Part shown: in pieces, positions 1 through 12,999 of the stretch | How the letters are laid out: each line of letters starts with the position of its first letter | How positions within the stretch are numbered: position 1 is the first letter of the stretch | DNA from: Anthoceros angustus | Taxonomy: Eukaryota; Plantae; Anthocerotophyta | Direction of reading: 5' to 3' | DNA: 64,000 nucleotides | Assembly: GCA_010909165.1 (NCBI GenBank) | Contig: VJWM01000044.1 | Coordinates: 1,116,001 to 1,180,000 of the forward strand | Notes under the pieces: generated by a model | What the model was told of the DNA's origin: nothing | Seen by the model: the letters and a program-made list of their open reading frames with translations, nothing else | Database searches by the model: none | Program-made: the position numbers and the translations under genes

Positions 1-2210
1 GTCGGCGTCTTTATTACACCCTATTTGTGGCCAGCTCGATGCGCCCTAATCGGCCGCCTACCATCCTATTCCTCCTCCTATCTCCTTCGTCGGTGGGCTG
101 GGAAGGTCACAGGTTCCGTCTCGCAGCCATCAAGACCCTAATCGGATCCGCGAGGCGGACCCCTTCCTCTTCCTAACTGTTACACGGCGGCGGGTCCGAC
201 GACCGCACACACAACGCTGCCCCTGCCCCCAAGGGTCCCTCCTAGGGGCCACCGACCGCCGCCTCCCTGCCAGTAAGCCTGAGGGACCTCCTCCGTTGCT
301 CAGCGGGCCTCTCGTCCGGCTCAGACGCCTCCCGAGTTCCTCCGGCTCACACGTTCCGGTGCTCGGCCGGGCGGCTGCAGACGAACACGGGTCCCCGATC
401 GCTCTTCCACGCACACACCACCACGTTAGGGTCCGTCACGGGACCTTGATCGATCTCTCGGGAGGCCGTGCACCTTTCGACTCGGGACTCACGTTAACAA
501 GACACACACAAGGTGCAAGCAGCATCAACACCAGAGAAGATGATTTATTCGGCGCCTCGGCCCTCTTATACTACGCCCAAGTCGGCGTCTTTATTACACC
601 CTATTACGGTGGTGGCCAGCTCGATGCATGTCGCCGCCTACCATCCTATTCCTCCCTCCTATCTCCTTCGTCGGTGGGCTGGGAAGGTCACAGGTTCCGT
701 CTCGGTATTGGTGGTCAATCTCTCCCGTACAGCGATTGCGGGCGCGCAATCGGATGATCGCGGCGGACCCCTTCCTCTTCCGGAATCACATCGGGTTGGG
801 CTCGTGGCGGTCGGCCGTTACCACAACGTCTTCCCCCCCAGCCCCTGGGTCCCCTCCCGGTGGGGCCGCATTGTCTGCTCCCCGGTAAGTCGGAGGGACT
901 CCTCCTTGCTTCCCGAGTCCGGACTGAGGTCCGGCCTCGACCCGAGTCTCGAACTGGAGTCTCGCTTATTCCCGAGTCCGGCCTCACGGGTCCGTCTCAT
1001 CTCGGGTTCGGACCTCGGGGTCCGTCTCATCTCGGGGTCCGGCCCCCAAGCTCCGGACTTATCTCGCGGGACCTCATCGCTAGGTCCTCATCCCTACCCA
1101 CCGACCCTTGTCTTGGGTGGGTTGGCTTCCTCCTTCCGCCTTCGTGGCCACCGCCTATCCTCCCGAGCAGTTGTGGACTTACCCCGAGATCCGCTTGGCT
1201 GGCCCCGCCTCCTCCCGAGGCTCTTCTCCCCGCTGCCTCCAAACAGGCCACTAGGGTCCCTGTCGCCCCATGCCCTTCATCCCTTCTCGAGCCTTCCGGG
1301 TCCGTCCATGTAGCGCACCGAGGCTTCCAATGCCTTAAGGAGCTCGTGGTAGTAGGCAAAATCCGAGTCAATTTGCCGGATTGCCTCTTCCACATGTGCC
1401 CGAGCACCCGATACTCCTTCGCCATTGGTGCTCCGGAGCCGAGCGGGCCGTCCGCTTGCCGGACCATCCCCGCCAGTTCGTTAGCCGGAGCCGGTCAATC
1501 TCCCGTCGATTCGGCGCACCCAATCGGATGATCGCGGTGGACCCCTTCCTCTTCCGGAATCACATCGGGTTGGGCTCGGCGTGATGCGGCGGCCGCCGTT
1601 ACCACGTCTTCCCCACAGCCCGGTGGGTCCCCTCGGTAGGGCCACCATTGTGCTCCCCGGTAAGTCGGAGGGACTCCTCCTTGCTTCACGAGTCCGGACC
1701 TCGGGGTCGGTCTCGACTCCGGTCTGAACTTGAGTGCCTTATTCCCGAGTCCGGACTGGGTCCGGTCTCATCTCAGGGGTTCGGACCTCGGGGTCCGAAC
1801 TTAGTCCGGTCCCCAAGCTCCGGACCCCTTGTCTGCGGACCTCTTGCTGGGTCCTCATCCCTACCCACAGGCCCTTGTCTTGGGTGGGTTGGCTTCCTCC
1901 TTCCAGCGCCTTTCGGGGCCCCTCTATCCTCCCGGCGGGTTGCGGTGGACTTACCACGAGATCCGTTGTATTGGCGCGTCCTGCTCCTCCCAGGCTCTTC
2001 TCCCCGCTTCGTCTCCAAGCAGGGCCACTAGGGTCCCGTCTTGTCCCCATGCCCTTCATCCCTTCTCGAGCCTTCCGGGTCCGTCCATGTGTGAGAGGCT
2101 TCAATGCCTTAAGGAGCTCGGCGTGGTAGTAGGCAAAATCCGAGTCAATTTCTTTGGATTGCCTCTTCCACATGTGCGGAGCACCGATACTCCTTAGCCA
2201 TTGGTGCTCG
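1..2210. repeat. Degenerate GC-rich direct repeats (periods ~580 and ~774 bp), probably TE-derived
   Basis: gtcggcgtctttattacaccctat occurs at 1 and 581. caatcggatgatcgcgg(c/t)ggaccccttcctcttccggaatcacatcgggttgggctc occurs at ~748 and ~1522, and similarity continues to ...gcctcttccacatgtgc...ccgatactcctt at ~1385-1420 and ~2160-2195. Confidence 0.85.
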
Positions 2211-5180
2211 GGCTGCGTCTTTGTACTTCTTGGACCATCTCCAGTTGTTTGGGCGGGCGAATCTCGCGAGGCCACAAGGGCCGCCACCTCCTCGCAACCG
2301 CCGCTGTTCACTCGCCCAGCCTCCGCTGCTTCCGCCGCCACTCCGCCATAGCCCTTCCGCCTTCCTTAAGCTGGACCGGCTTCTTTTACCGTCCGGTGCT
2401 CTCGCTCCCCGCTTATTCTCGCCGTTAGCTCCGCCATCTCCTCTCCAGCGGTCGGGCAACTCGCCAGATTGTTTCACCAGTCCTTCTCCATTTCGCGACG
2501 CCCCGCCTCCTGCTCCATCGCCTTACTCCTCCGTCCGCCAATGTAGCCGGAGCCGCTTATCTCTCGCTCGTGATCCGTGATCACGCCCCGCATTACCATT
2601 CCTCTCAATGGTAACTTGAGCCGCAGCCTGTGGTCTCTTTGCGGTCTTCCATCTCCGCCGTTGCTCCACCACGAATCGAGTCCGGAGATCCTCCATCTCC
2701 TTGTCGCGGGCTTCCTTCTCCTCGGCATGGCTGGCCCTTTGCTCCGCCTCCTGCTCCTTCTTGAGTTAGCGCGGCTATCCTGCCGTCTCCCTCCACGGTT
2801 CGATCACGCCGATAGTGATCGCGGGGTTGCCGGCTTCCGCCTCGCCTCTGGTGGCTTCGCCTCCCGGGCCGCCTCGCCTCTGGGCCGCCTCCCGGGCCGC
2901 CTCGGCCAGTCGCGAGCCTTCTCGCGCGCCCGGCCTCCTCCGCCTCCCGGCCACCCTCTCCGCCTGCAGAGGTCTCGCCTGCCTCCTCTCAGGTTCGCCT
3001 CACCGCCACCCAAAAGGAATTTAGTCCGTCCATCGAATGGACCAGATTTCTTCGGCCTCCCGGCTTCCTCTTCGATGCGGCCGAGAGCTTCGCCTTCCTC
3101 CTCGCCTCTGGGCCGCCTCCAATTGCTCCGGAGGAGCACCATGCGCCTCCCGGTGGCTTTACTCGGGTCTTCTACCGTCTCAGCAGACCCCAAAGCCCGC
3201 TGTCTCTTCCACGGCCGCCACCGGTGAGACCCCAAAAGTCCGTAGTGGGAGCGGCATCTCACGGTCCGCCAAGGACCTCCACCTTGGTGAGCAAGTCGGG
3301 GTGGGTTCTCGGACCTAATCGGGCCCCTTAGGTCACGATTGCGGTCGGGAGCTTCACCCTCCTTGGCCCTCTTGGCCGCCAATTCCTTATTCGCCTCTTC
3401 GCCTGGGCTCCTGAGGGTGAGGGGGTGAGTCACTTGCCTCTCCCGGCCGGGCGGCTGTGGATCGGCTGGGTTGCCGCTGACCTCCTCGCCTCCGCCTCCG
3501 CCTCCTTCTTCTCACCGCCTCTTCACACCCGCAAGGGCAGAGGCACAGCACCGCCCGAGGTGTCGCATGGTGGCACCGCCTTCCGCCTCTTGCCGCCTCG
3601 CCTCTGGGCCGCCTCGCCTCTGGGCCGCCTCGCCTCTGGGCCGCCTCGCCTCTGGGCCGCCTCCCCGCCGTCAGACTGGCTGCCCGGGGCACAAGAGGAG
3701 GAAGCGGGGATATCTTCCCACACTTCCCTAGGTGGTGAGGGGGTGAGGGGTCCGCCTGCACGATGGAGTCCCAGATCCTTCCTGCCTCCTCCCGACCTGC
3801 TTGGCCCTAGGGGTCGGGCCTCCTCAGCGCCTTTGCCGCCTGCCTCGTAGGGCCGCCAACCCTTCCCGAGCGCCCGCCTACCTCCCCATCCTTCAGAGTT
3901 GTAATGTCCCCATACATGGATCGTATGGGGATAGTCCGGACGGCGGTGGCTTCGCCTCCGCCTCCTCCACCATGGCCTCTCAACTGGCGAAGATGATCCT
4001 TCCTCCCGCCTCTTGCCTGCCGCAACGCATGCAGAACACTAAGAATTATCACCAAGGTGATCCACCTTGGTGAGCAAGTTCCAGTGGACAATGATCCGGC
4101 CACGCCTCACCCTTCCGCCCCCAGTCCGACATCAACCGCCCGCTGGTTGTCCGCCGCTCCGTCAAAGATCGCCGCCTTGCCGCCTATCTTTCCCTCGCCT
4201 TGAGGGGCCTCGGGACCACGCCCCATCCTCCGTTGGGCGGTTGTAAGCCGCCTCGTGACCTCCAAGGTCCATCTCCTCGATCCTCCCGAGGTTCTTGGAC
4301 CGAACCTCCTTGTTGGCCGCCAACATCTTCCGGCGAACTCCCGACTGTGGTGACATCACAAACGCCCGCATGAACACGCCTAAGTGCCACTCTTGACTAA
4401 TCCTCCCGCCTCCTCCGGCCATGGCCCAAAGTCCGGATAGCGCCGAACAAATGTTGCGCCTACCAGTTCCATGGCTCCCATACCTCCAGCCTTTTGGGTC
4501 CCATCGCCTTCTTCTCCTTTCGCCGCCAGCCGATTGCCCGAGACCGCCGGCACGATGCGCCTGCTCACGCCCAACCTCAACGTGAGCCGCTGCCAAGATG
4601 CCCGAGCTGCTCAAAGAGATAGCGCCAGAGGGCCGGGTTGCGAGCGCAAGAGACCGCGAGATTGTCTCGAGGTCGCATGCAGAAATGACCTCCTCGCCGG
4701 CCGCCTGCTAGGCAACTGGCCATGAGGGTGCCTCTTCCTCGTCTCAGAATCGCCAGAGGTCTGCATATAGGCTTACTCGACCTTACGCCACGCTGCCTTA
4801 CGCCGCCGCAGCCGCTGGGCGTGAATACCGCTATAACGGCCTGCAAGGCTACGGCCCCGGCCTGCATGCCCGACCTCCACTCGTGGCTGGCCCACGTGGC
4901 GCGCCCGCCACCGTCCTCACGACTCAACTTCTAAATTACTTTCGCGATTTATCCTGCTTTTGACCGGGGTGGGTCCGGACTTATCCTGCTACTCCTGCTT
5001 GTCATAGTGGTACCAGGTCACATCTTCCCGGAGTCCGAGTATACTCCGAGCCCGAGCACCATTCATGCTTATTCCTCCCTTTCCGCCTTATTTTACCATT
5101 CGGACCTACGAAAAAAACAAAACCCCACTTATTTCCTAACCCCCAAGGGAAGTCCGTAGCCCACACCTTTGTATGTTCAA
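2210..5180 (-). mobile_element. Degenerate GC-rich TE-like sequence with frameshifted low-complexity (E/A/R-rich) ORF remnants; family not identified
   Basis: No splice-consistent gene model. Fragmented minus-strand ORFs, internal repeats (ccaccttggtgagcaagt at ~3279 and ~4062; ccgcctcgcctctggg arrays). No diagnostic RT/integrase motif seen. Confidence 0.4.
3593..3662 (+). repeat. 16-bp tandem repeat (gccgcctcgcctctgg)x~4
   Basis: Read directly; related units also at ~2835-2900 and ~3100-3120. Confidence 0.85.
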
Positions 5181-5199
5181 AGGGGTTTCTCGGCTTCCC

Positions 5200-6350
5200 G
5201 TCGGTTTATCTTATAAGCTTCTCGCCAGTTGGATGTTCCAGCTACAGCAGTCACTCATGTCATTCAGGCTAGAGCAGGGGCTCTTATGCTGGCGAACGGC
5301 GCTATTCGGTTTGGGGTGATGCCTCCAAATACATGCAAATCAAGGGGGGAATCTTTGGCACATCTTCTTCTTGAGTGCAACCATGTCCTCCTGGTGCAGC
5401 AGAGGATAATGGGAGAGCTCATTTGCAGAGCGGTGCAACAAGTTCTTGGTTTTTCAGAGTGGAGTGGTAGGATAAAGTAGTTGTTCTCTTAGGGGGTACA
5501 GTGAGAGGGTCCACGCTATCTGGCTGGACGTGCCCCTTGAAGAAAGGGGATACTCTGGGGTTCGTCCCGGTTGCCCTCTTTTTGGCGAAGGTATTACCCG
5601 CCTTCTCGGCCGCCCTTAAGGGTGACCTGGGATGAATTCGAAATCATCATCTTGGCGGGGCAGGTCCTATTGGAAGACTACAAAAGGCCTTTCCTGGGGA
5701 GTGCAAGTTCTTGGGTGAGGGCAACGATCTGTTAGGGGCAGGGGAGACAGGTGGTTTGGGACTAGGCAGGTTCAAGATGACAACTTTGTTGGAGCCAAGG
5801 CAGCAATGTATGGCAGCCCTTATTCTCGAGCAAAGGTAAAGGTGGGGAGTTTTAGTGGGTGAGGGGTTTTTTCCCAAGTCCCATATAACTTGCGATGGTA
5901 TCTAGGCACGTATTCAGATGACCTTGGGAAGAGTATAGTCTGTTTCTGATGCGATAATACAATGTGTAACATAGGGGAATCAGAACTCTTGTTGAACTCT
6001 GAAACGGAGCAACAGCAGAAGCCGGTCGGCCAAATTTAGAATGTGGTCAAGTCTGCTGTCTCTGTGGTCATGTGAAAGCTGTGAAATTTTGATGGGCACG
6101 TCCTTGATCTCCACTTGTGGTGATCTTTTGAGGATGTTCATGGACTTGTCATGCATCCATAGTGAAGTTTGCTCAACGTTACCTCTTGGCCAATTTCCTC
6201 CGCGAAGTAAAGGTGCTGGCACGCGTCCCCGTGACCATCAAGGGTCACATGGTATTGCAAATTTGTGGAAAGGGCATCTGAGACGATGTCTTTTTCCGTA
6301 ACAGATGAGCGGATGCCACTCTGCATGATGGTAATTGTGCGAGTGAGAAC
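5200..6350 (-). mobile_element. Possible degraded L1/LINE ORF1-ORF2 junction remnant
   Basis: Frameshifted minus-strand ORF pieces with a Pro-rich basic tail, followed by ATG AGT GAC TGC TGT AGC TGG AAC ATC (MSDCCSWNI, ~5260), resembling the xSWN(V/I) start of APE endonucleases. Weak evidence. Confidence 0.3.
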
Positions 6351-6498
6351 AGCCTCATCTGATTTTTTTTCAATTTAGATGTACATAAACACCTTAATTT
6401 CAGCCCCAAAACCAGAAAATGGGCTTCGTCCTTCAGGGGTTCAGGGCCATGTCCACGTCGAAGGCAAAAACTTTGCAGCTAAACTCAACCCGAGCCAC

Positions 6499-6660
6499 GG
6501 ACTATAACTTTGCTGCTGAGCCCGGGGAAGACTCAACTCAAGGCATGGACTAAAACTTTGCTGCTGAGCCCGGGGAAGACTCAGCTCAAGGCATGGAATA
6601 AAACTTTGGATCTGAACGAGGGGAAGACTCAGCCCGAGCCAAAAAAAGCCTCAGCCCCAG
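6499..6660 (+). repeat. 48-bp tandem repeat x~3
   Basis: ggactataactttgctgctgagcccggggaagactcaactcaaggcat repeated with divergence (ORF echo LLLSPGKTQLKAW x2). Confidence 0.85.
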
Positions 6661-6995
6661 CCATGGTCGCGGCTGTCTCCCACTGTTTCTATGAACTTTT
6701 GTCTTCGATTCATTTTTTGAGTGCATAGGGAAATGCTAACCCGGAGATTTTCGTAATCTGATATGGTTTATCCTAACTTCTCTTTCCGAAGATGCAAACC
6801 CAATGTGCTCCGTGTATAAGACCTTCAGGATGAGAAATCTTCCATACCTATCCAGCTATCTTGCTCCACCTGGACGTAATGAAGAATTTCGTAATTATCA
6901 AAATAAAAATCAGCGGGTATCTCGCGCCGTCGCTCAATTGAGAGTTCCGGCGCTGCTCCTCTGCCTCCTGCGGAGCTTCAACTGCCGAAAGCAAC

Positions 6996-9900
6996 CTAGG
7001 TTAATTTGACGACGTCTGCAACTAGCACATGAAGCAAAAACTGAGACAAGGCATTTACCTTCGATTTTGAAGGAGCCGGTGAGTCATTGGCTGCCTCGTC
7101 GCAACCAAGGTGGTCGTTCATCGACTGCTGGATTTCCTCCTTCCCCTGACGAGCGCATTTCTGGACAGTCCTAAGACTACTGAGATCAGGAATCCCCCAC
7201 TCACTCGTCCGGGGTACATCTGTCCATTGAGTCCCCTCTACAGGGGGTGTCTCTGGCACCACGCTGAGAGGGGGGACTTGGGTACAGAAGAAGTCGTCAC
7301 CATCACAGAGTTCCTCACTTGTCCTCACCGTTGCACCATCAGTGTCTCCACTGCCTACACGTGCAGTATTAGAAAAGGCATATCATTCAAAGCATCAAGC
7401 CAAACGGAAGGCTTGACATGCCTGACCTGAGCATGGTGGCGAGTGCACACGCACTTCCTGTAACGGCGGTGCAGCTGCAATAGGGCCTGAGGACAAGGCT
7501 GCAGCTGAGGTTTTCTTCCTCCGAACGATTGGGCATGCACCAGTAGCATCACTACTTGTCAAACAGCAGGACGAGCTGCTTGTCTGCAGACAGTTGCTGT
7601 TGGAACACGCCCTTTTTAGCATGTGTGGGAAGGAAGATTAATTACTCTTTGAAAATGTAGGGATTCTGCTCGGGGAAGCTTCTTACGTGTCCGCAGTCCT
7701 CCTGGGCGTCTTGAGCTCAACTTCCCTGCTCGTCACATCTGTGGCCTTCCTTTTCCGCCTGGGAATTTTTGGACTTTTCGACTTGCTCACTTGACCAGCA
7801 GTTGTGGAAGGTCCAGATGGGTGTCTCAGGAACGAAGCAGCAGGCCGAAAATGCTGGAGAAAAGAATCAGGAGGTGGCAAACTTCGAAGAGGAGTGACAA
7901 CAGAGGCTTCTTCTGGACGTATCTGTATCATTGAAAAGAACAAGCTTAGGGTGCGTTCTCTGAAGACAGGCTAAGAAACATACTATGGGAAGGAATATGT
8001 TTTCCACACACCTTCATGGATTGGAAAAACTTTTGCACTTCGGTAAGGGAATTCTCAAAACTTTCCACCCGTCTGACACTCTGTCTCAGCCACTTGGACA
8101 GATAGTTCAGATTGGACTGCTTTTGAAGGCGCTCGTCTGTCAACAAGCATCCAACACACATCCATAAAAACTGCAAGAATCGGAAAGGTAAAGGTGATGA
8201 GAACCTCCTTGCCAGCAGACATAGAGGCTTACCAAGAAGGATAATGGCACCATAATCTTCTCGATGCCGAATGCAGCGCCCTGGGTGCATAACAGACATA
8301 TAGCTCATTGCCAGGGTGCTCTGCGTACTAAGTTACTCCATCTCTACCACCTCAATCAAGCAAGAGTCCTGTGCTGTATGTTGTACAGATGGAGGAGCAC
8401 GGTACATCTGTCCTGCAATTACTCACCAACAGCTTGATTTAGAGCTCTGAAGGCTTGTTGACAGTACCATTCATCCCCACTCAGTAATTTCTTCACCACC
8501 TTGTGTTCGCTGTTGTAAATCTTTTTCAATTTGACCTGCAAGTCCATTCTGCATTCGTACGGACAGTTCAGAACTCTTAAAAAGGGTATGCAAGTCTCAG
8601 CAAGCCATAGGCTTACATCGGGCAAATACATATTGAAAAAAGTTAAAGGGCAGCCTTACATGTTAGGGAAAGGGATGCCAACAACAACCTGAGCTTAGTT
8701 AAAGAAACTCAACCTCGAAGACGAGGGCAAGGACACAACAAAGACCTCTGTATATCAGTCATGATGAGAGAAAGAGCCTAGAATGAATACCATGGTATTA
8801 TCTTTCATTACAGGATACGACTGCTCGTGCATTATGGTCCGCAAAGTTAAGACCTTCCGACACCTGCAAGCAATACAGACTTTAAGCAAGATAGATCACC
8901 ACCTGGATTCCCAGTACCAGTTCTGATTCTGAAAACTAACTAGAGGCTTTCAGTGGAAAATCATGCGTGACACAGGAGAGAACAACACCTTTCCTCGGAA
9001 AACAGCAAAAAATGCAGCTCCACCTGTGGTCTGCATGGTACATGGATTGAAAGAGTGACTCCTTGCTGGAGCAGAGTTTCGGGACTTTGAGCCTGATCCA
9101 GGTAGTTTGACTCCATTGACAGCAGCGTAGTAGGCAGTTAACACTTGTTCAAACCCATCTTGACTGCCCCGCGGCTCTGGGAAACAGTGCTGGTTTTAGG
9201 TACAGGTAAGTGACACAGCCAAATGGCAAATATGGCCCATTGTGACAAGGCCAGGTAACATTTGCAAATGGACCATCGACTCACTCACCTACGAAGAGCT
9301 GCTTTTCACGCTGTAAACGCTTCCACTGCCCACTAGCTCTCCATCTCGCAGCCAGGTTCTCTAACAGCTTGTAACTTGGAAAGAATATCAGAATTCCGTC
9401 AGGAATAACCTTGAGAATTTCTTCAATAGCAAGTCCAAGGCCATCCTGTTTCATCACGATGGACAAAGTTACGTGAGACGCTTCCCTTTGAATTTATCAG
9501 CAGTCAAAGAACAGCATAATGCACATGAAGTTCAACTTGCAAGATGGGTGATGAAAGAGACTTGGAAAGCCACTGTCTTTGCATTCTGATAACAAGCATT
9601 CAGTGTTGCCATCCCGGGACCTACTGCCATTGCGGCAGCCCAGACCTGGCAAAAATATACATAACCAGAGCTAAGTGTTTGACTGGGCATGTGCTCAAGA
9701 GAAGCAGCAGGTCATACAACAAAATGGAAACCTACAAACCTGAGTATCCATGTTCACAACATGAGGGGCTTCTAGCTGAACCAAAAAACGCACTCCAAGC
9801 TCAGAGGCAAATGATCCCATGGGCGAAAGAGTTCTTGAATGTCATCAAAGCAACACGATAAGGTTGAGCTCTTAATGGATGGAACCATGACTCCATAATA

Positions 9901-12798
9901 ACATGCCAAAAGGCAGAAAGCACGCTGGTGACAACAAGTACTTACCCAGACGTGAGGATGACTGATAGTGACTTCTCAGCAAGTTCTTCAAATACTACTG
10001 CAGGATTTAGGCACCATAGATTCAGAGTAGTCACCCATTCTGTTGATCTGTTTCCTGCAACAAGCTCCCCAGAGTTACAAATTTTTCACTTGCCAGCAGT
10101 ATGAAGAACAAAGAACAGAACTCATGACTGACCTTCGTCCCATCTGGAGGACCTTCTCAGAACAACCTGATAGTCCTCTATTCGGCAAGCATCTTCTCGC
10201 AGCATGAAGTTAAGCACGCAGAACATGCCTGCACCTCTCAACTTATCAGGTACTAAACCATTAAGGAGCAAAGGAACTTGATGGTCCAACAGTCAGGCCG
10301 AGATAGCACCGATTCCAGGGCGGGGAAGCACACTCCAAGATCCTGATGCAATTTATACCCACGCACCCACCAAACCTATCATAGACCAGGGAATTTACCT
10401 TCCATAATGTTGGCCGCCCAGGCACTAATAGGAGCAACTTTGGGATTTGGATCTGAAACAGCTTTAACTGCCTGGAGACATGAGGCAATGGGTGAGAGAA
10501 AACTAGAAACCAACATCCTGAGTAGTTCCAGTTAGCATCTCAGTAGTTCATTGACCTGACGGCAGCACTGGAGAAGGACAGGAAAGAGCTCTGGCATGAT
10601 TCCTGCAGATCGCAACTCCTGCAATGCATTTGCACCACCCCACCTGTGCAACCGCGCAGGCATTTCAGAATGGTTGATTAAATCTGGGTAGCAGTTTTGC
10701 AGCATCAGCTAAAGTGGAGCAACTTGTATGTACTTGCCAAGAAGCAGAAGTACTGGAGTCTATTCTTGTTAAGCGACTTGCTTGATGCTCAATCCAACCT
10801 AGCAATCCCTGCAGTGAAGCAAATGCTGGCATCAGACTTAATACTCAAGATCTCTGTTTCCTGGGCTTTGGTAATGGAAGGGGATGAACCTCAAACATTT
10901 CCAGTAGGGGTTCATAAATCTCGCTCGATTTATACTCAACGCCTGGTGCAGTACTCAGCTGTGACAGTTCCATCTTCATATCTGTAGAGGCACACAAATA
11001 ATGATAAGGTCCTGACAGCCACTACGCTTTGGAGCACAGCAGACATTGCCCAAATGATACCTGAAAGTTGGTCTACTTCCACAGTGAAGCTTCCAGCTTC
11101 ACGCGAAACATCTTCAATGTTGCTGGAAATCCATACAAGACGAGTGCATGATGATCATTAGAGACGGGCCCTCCAGGAGTGATAGCAGACCAAGTCTTTG
11201 ATCTATTTGATCAGGCAGAAGCCTATTGCTCGCGGACACAAAGCATTTACACAATGCAAAAGAAAAAGCGGATTCCTAGTTTGAGCTCTTCAAGGGCAGT
11301 TTCGACAGTGCAGAACATGAATAGGACCTTGGGCTGCTTTGATAACCTACTGGGCTTCATCCATGACAATGATTGCCCCGTTGATGTCAACCTCCATGGC
11401 ACTTCTTATCAGCGGGTTCACAATATAATTGTATGGACACAATATTATTTGTGCCTCCTCAGCCAAAGCCCGAGAGGCGAAATAAGCACATCCTGGAGAG
11501 AAATCACGAGAGCCGCTTTTCAGCACACTAACTTTGGCATGAACAAGAACGTTGTCGACAGAGAAGTACCTTTCACTTCACGAGCAATGCCAACTAGATC
11601 TTCAATGTCATGCACTTCACACTTCCCGCCCTGCTGTATGGAGGGATGCATCTTTACCTTGTTCACATTTCTGAAAGACAATACAGTGGAAAACAGTGTC
11701 CAGGGAGACACTAGCACAGAGACTGCGATCCATGAGCATACGGGCAACCGCTATCTTGTCGAACAGACCTCTTTGGGCTCACCTGTACTCACGGCAGCCT
11801 GGTGGTTCATCCTTCCCTGCACCCTCCTTGGGTTTTCTCAAGAACCCATCATGCTCCCTACCTTCCTCAGCTTTGAGGAGCAGTTTACTGCACAAAGTAA
11901 GTAACAGCTGGCCAGGCTCAGAGCGAAGCGCAAAATGAACCAAGAGTCTCTGTTCCAAAACAAAGTGTAGCAGTGGAAAGCCAACCAGTCCTCATCATAG
12001 TTTTTCTTGGCGCAGACAACCGCGTTGGTGCAGTAATGCTTCCTGGCTGCCTGTACATAGAGAGCCAGATGGCTCACCTCAACTCAGAGCCATGGTAAAG
12101 CTTTACATACAATGCCGTCATCCGAATCAGTGTCCACCCACCAGAATTGCCATAGGCACCCGATAAGAAGTCGTATGCAGTTCCTTAACCACCTGGGTGA
12201 TCTGCGCATGAGTCCTCCTGCAATCCACAAATTACATTCCGTCCCAAAGACACTCACACGAGAAGAGCAGTGAGCACTTGCAGCCGAGCCCTCACGTTGT
12301 GTAAATAATCTTAGGCACTTTCTTCCTCTCAGGAGCGGGCATAGGAGTGTCCTGGAACACGTCATCCCCCCTTTCACGTCCTGCAATTCCTGCAATTGCA
12401 CGAAGCTGACTCAGCAACCACAAAAGGCATTGCAAGCAACAGAATTCCTTCCCCGCACCTGGAGTAGCAGTCTCTGGCATGAACCCTCCTCCAGCTCCCA
12501 AGTAGTCATCCCCGCCGACAGCAGCATCAACATCGGTAGGCAGTGGCACCCGGACCGGCACGTTCTTACCGAGGTTGGCTTTGCAGTGCCGCTGCCACGC
12601 CAAGGTCGCACACAGCAGAGCCAGCGTCTTCCCGGACCCCGTGGGCGACTCCAGCAGAGCGTTTCCATCGCCCCCAGCGTAGGCAGACTGCAATGCCGTC
12701 AGGACCTTGCCCATATACGCCAGCTGCGGCCCATAGGCCTTGTGAGGGAACACCACCTGGATCCCTGCAATGCTGTACTCCACCTGCGAGCCCGTCAT
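6996..12798 (-). CDS. FANCJ: FANCJ/BRIP1-like Fe-S DEAH helicase (XPD/Rad3 family), multi-exon; 3' end approximate
   Basis: ATG at 12798: MTGSQVEYSIAGIQVVFPHKAYGPQLAYMGKV...NALLESPTGSGKTLALLCATLAWQ (Q motif + Walker A). Later exons give [100 protein letters not shown]. Long disordered C-terminal tail. Confidence 0.92.
8689..8818 (-). other. Probable U12-type (minor spliceosome) GT-AG intron in FANCJ
   Basis: On the minus strand, donor GTC|GTATCCTG; branch-like TTCTTTAAC 9 nt before CAG; no polypyrimidine tract. Splicing gives [14 protein letters not shown] in frame. Confidence 0.7.
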
Positions 12799-12999
12799 TC
12801 CTGTTCTCCCTGCACGACATTCCCGTCTCCAGGAAGCCTGGACATAAATCAAACGCTCTCCAGGCGGGTGGTCTCGCTAACCGGTGAGCCCGGTCAGCTT
12901 AACACAGCTCCGGGTTGGGTTTGCTCTGTTCCCGGGGCTCAATTATTTGAAAGCCGCCTCTCCCGCTGTAATGCGAAGTGCGGAGCGGAAGCTCGGGCG

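Noticed and set aside
11179-11904. 241-aa plus-strand ORF
   Set aside because: Antisense to FANCJ exons and introns; no recognisable motif.
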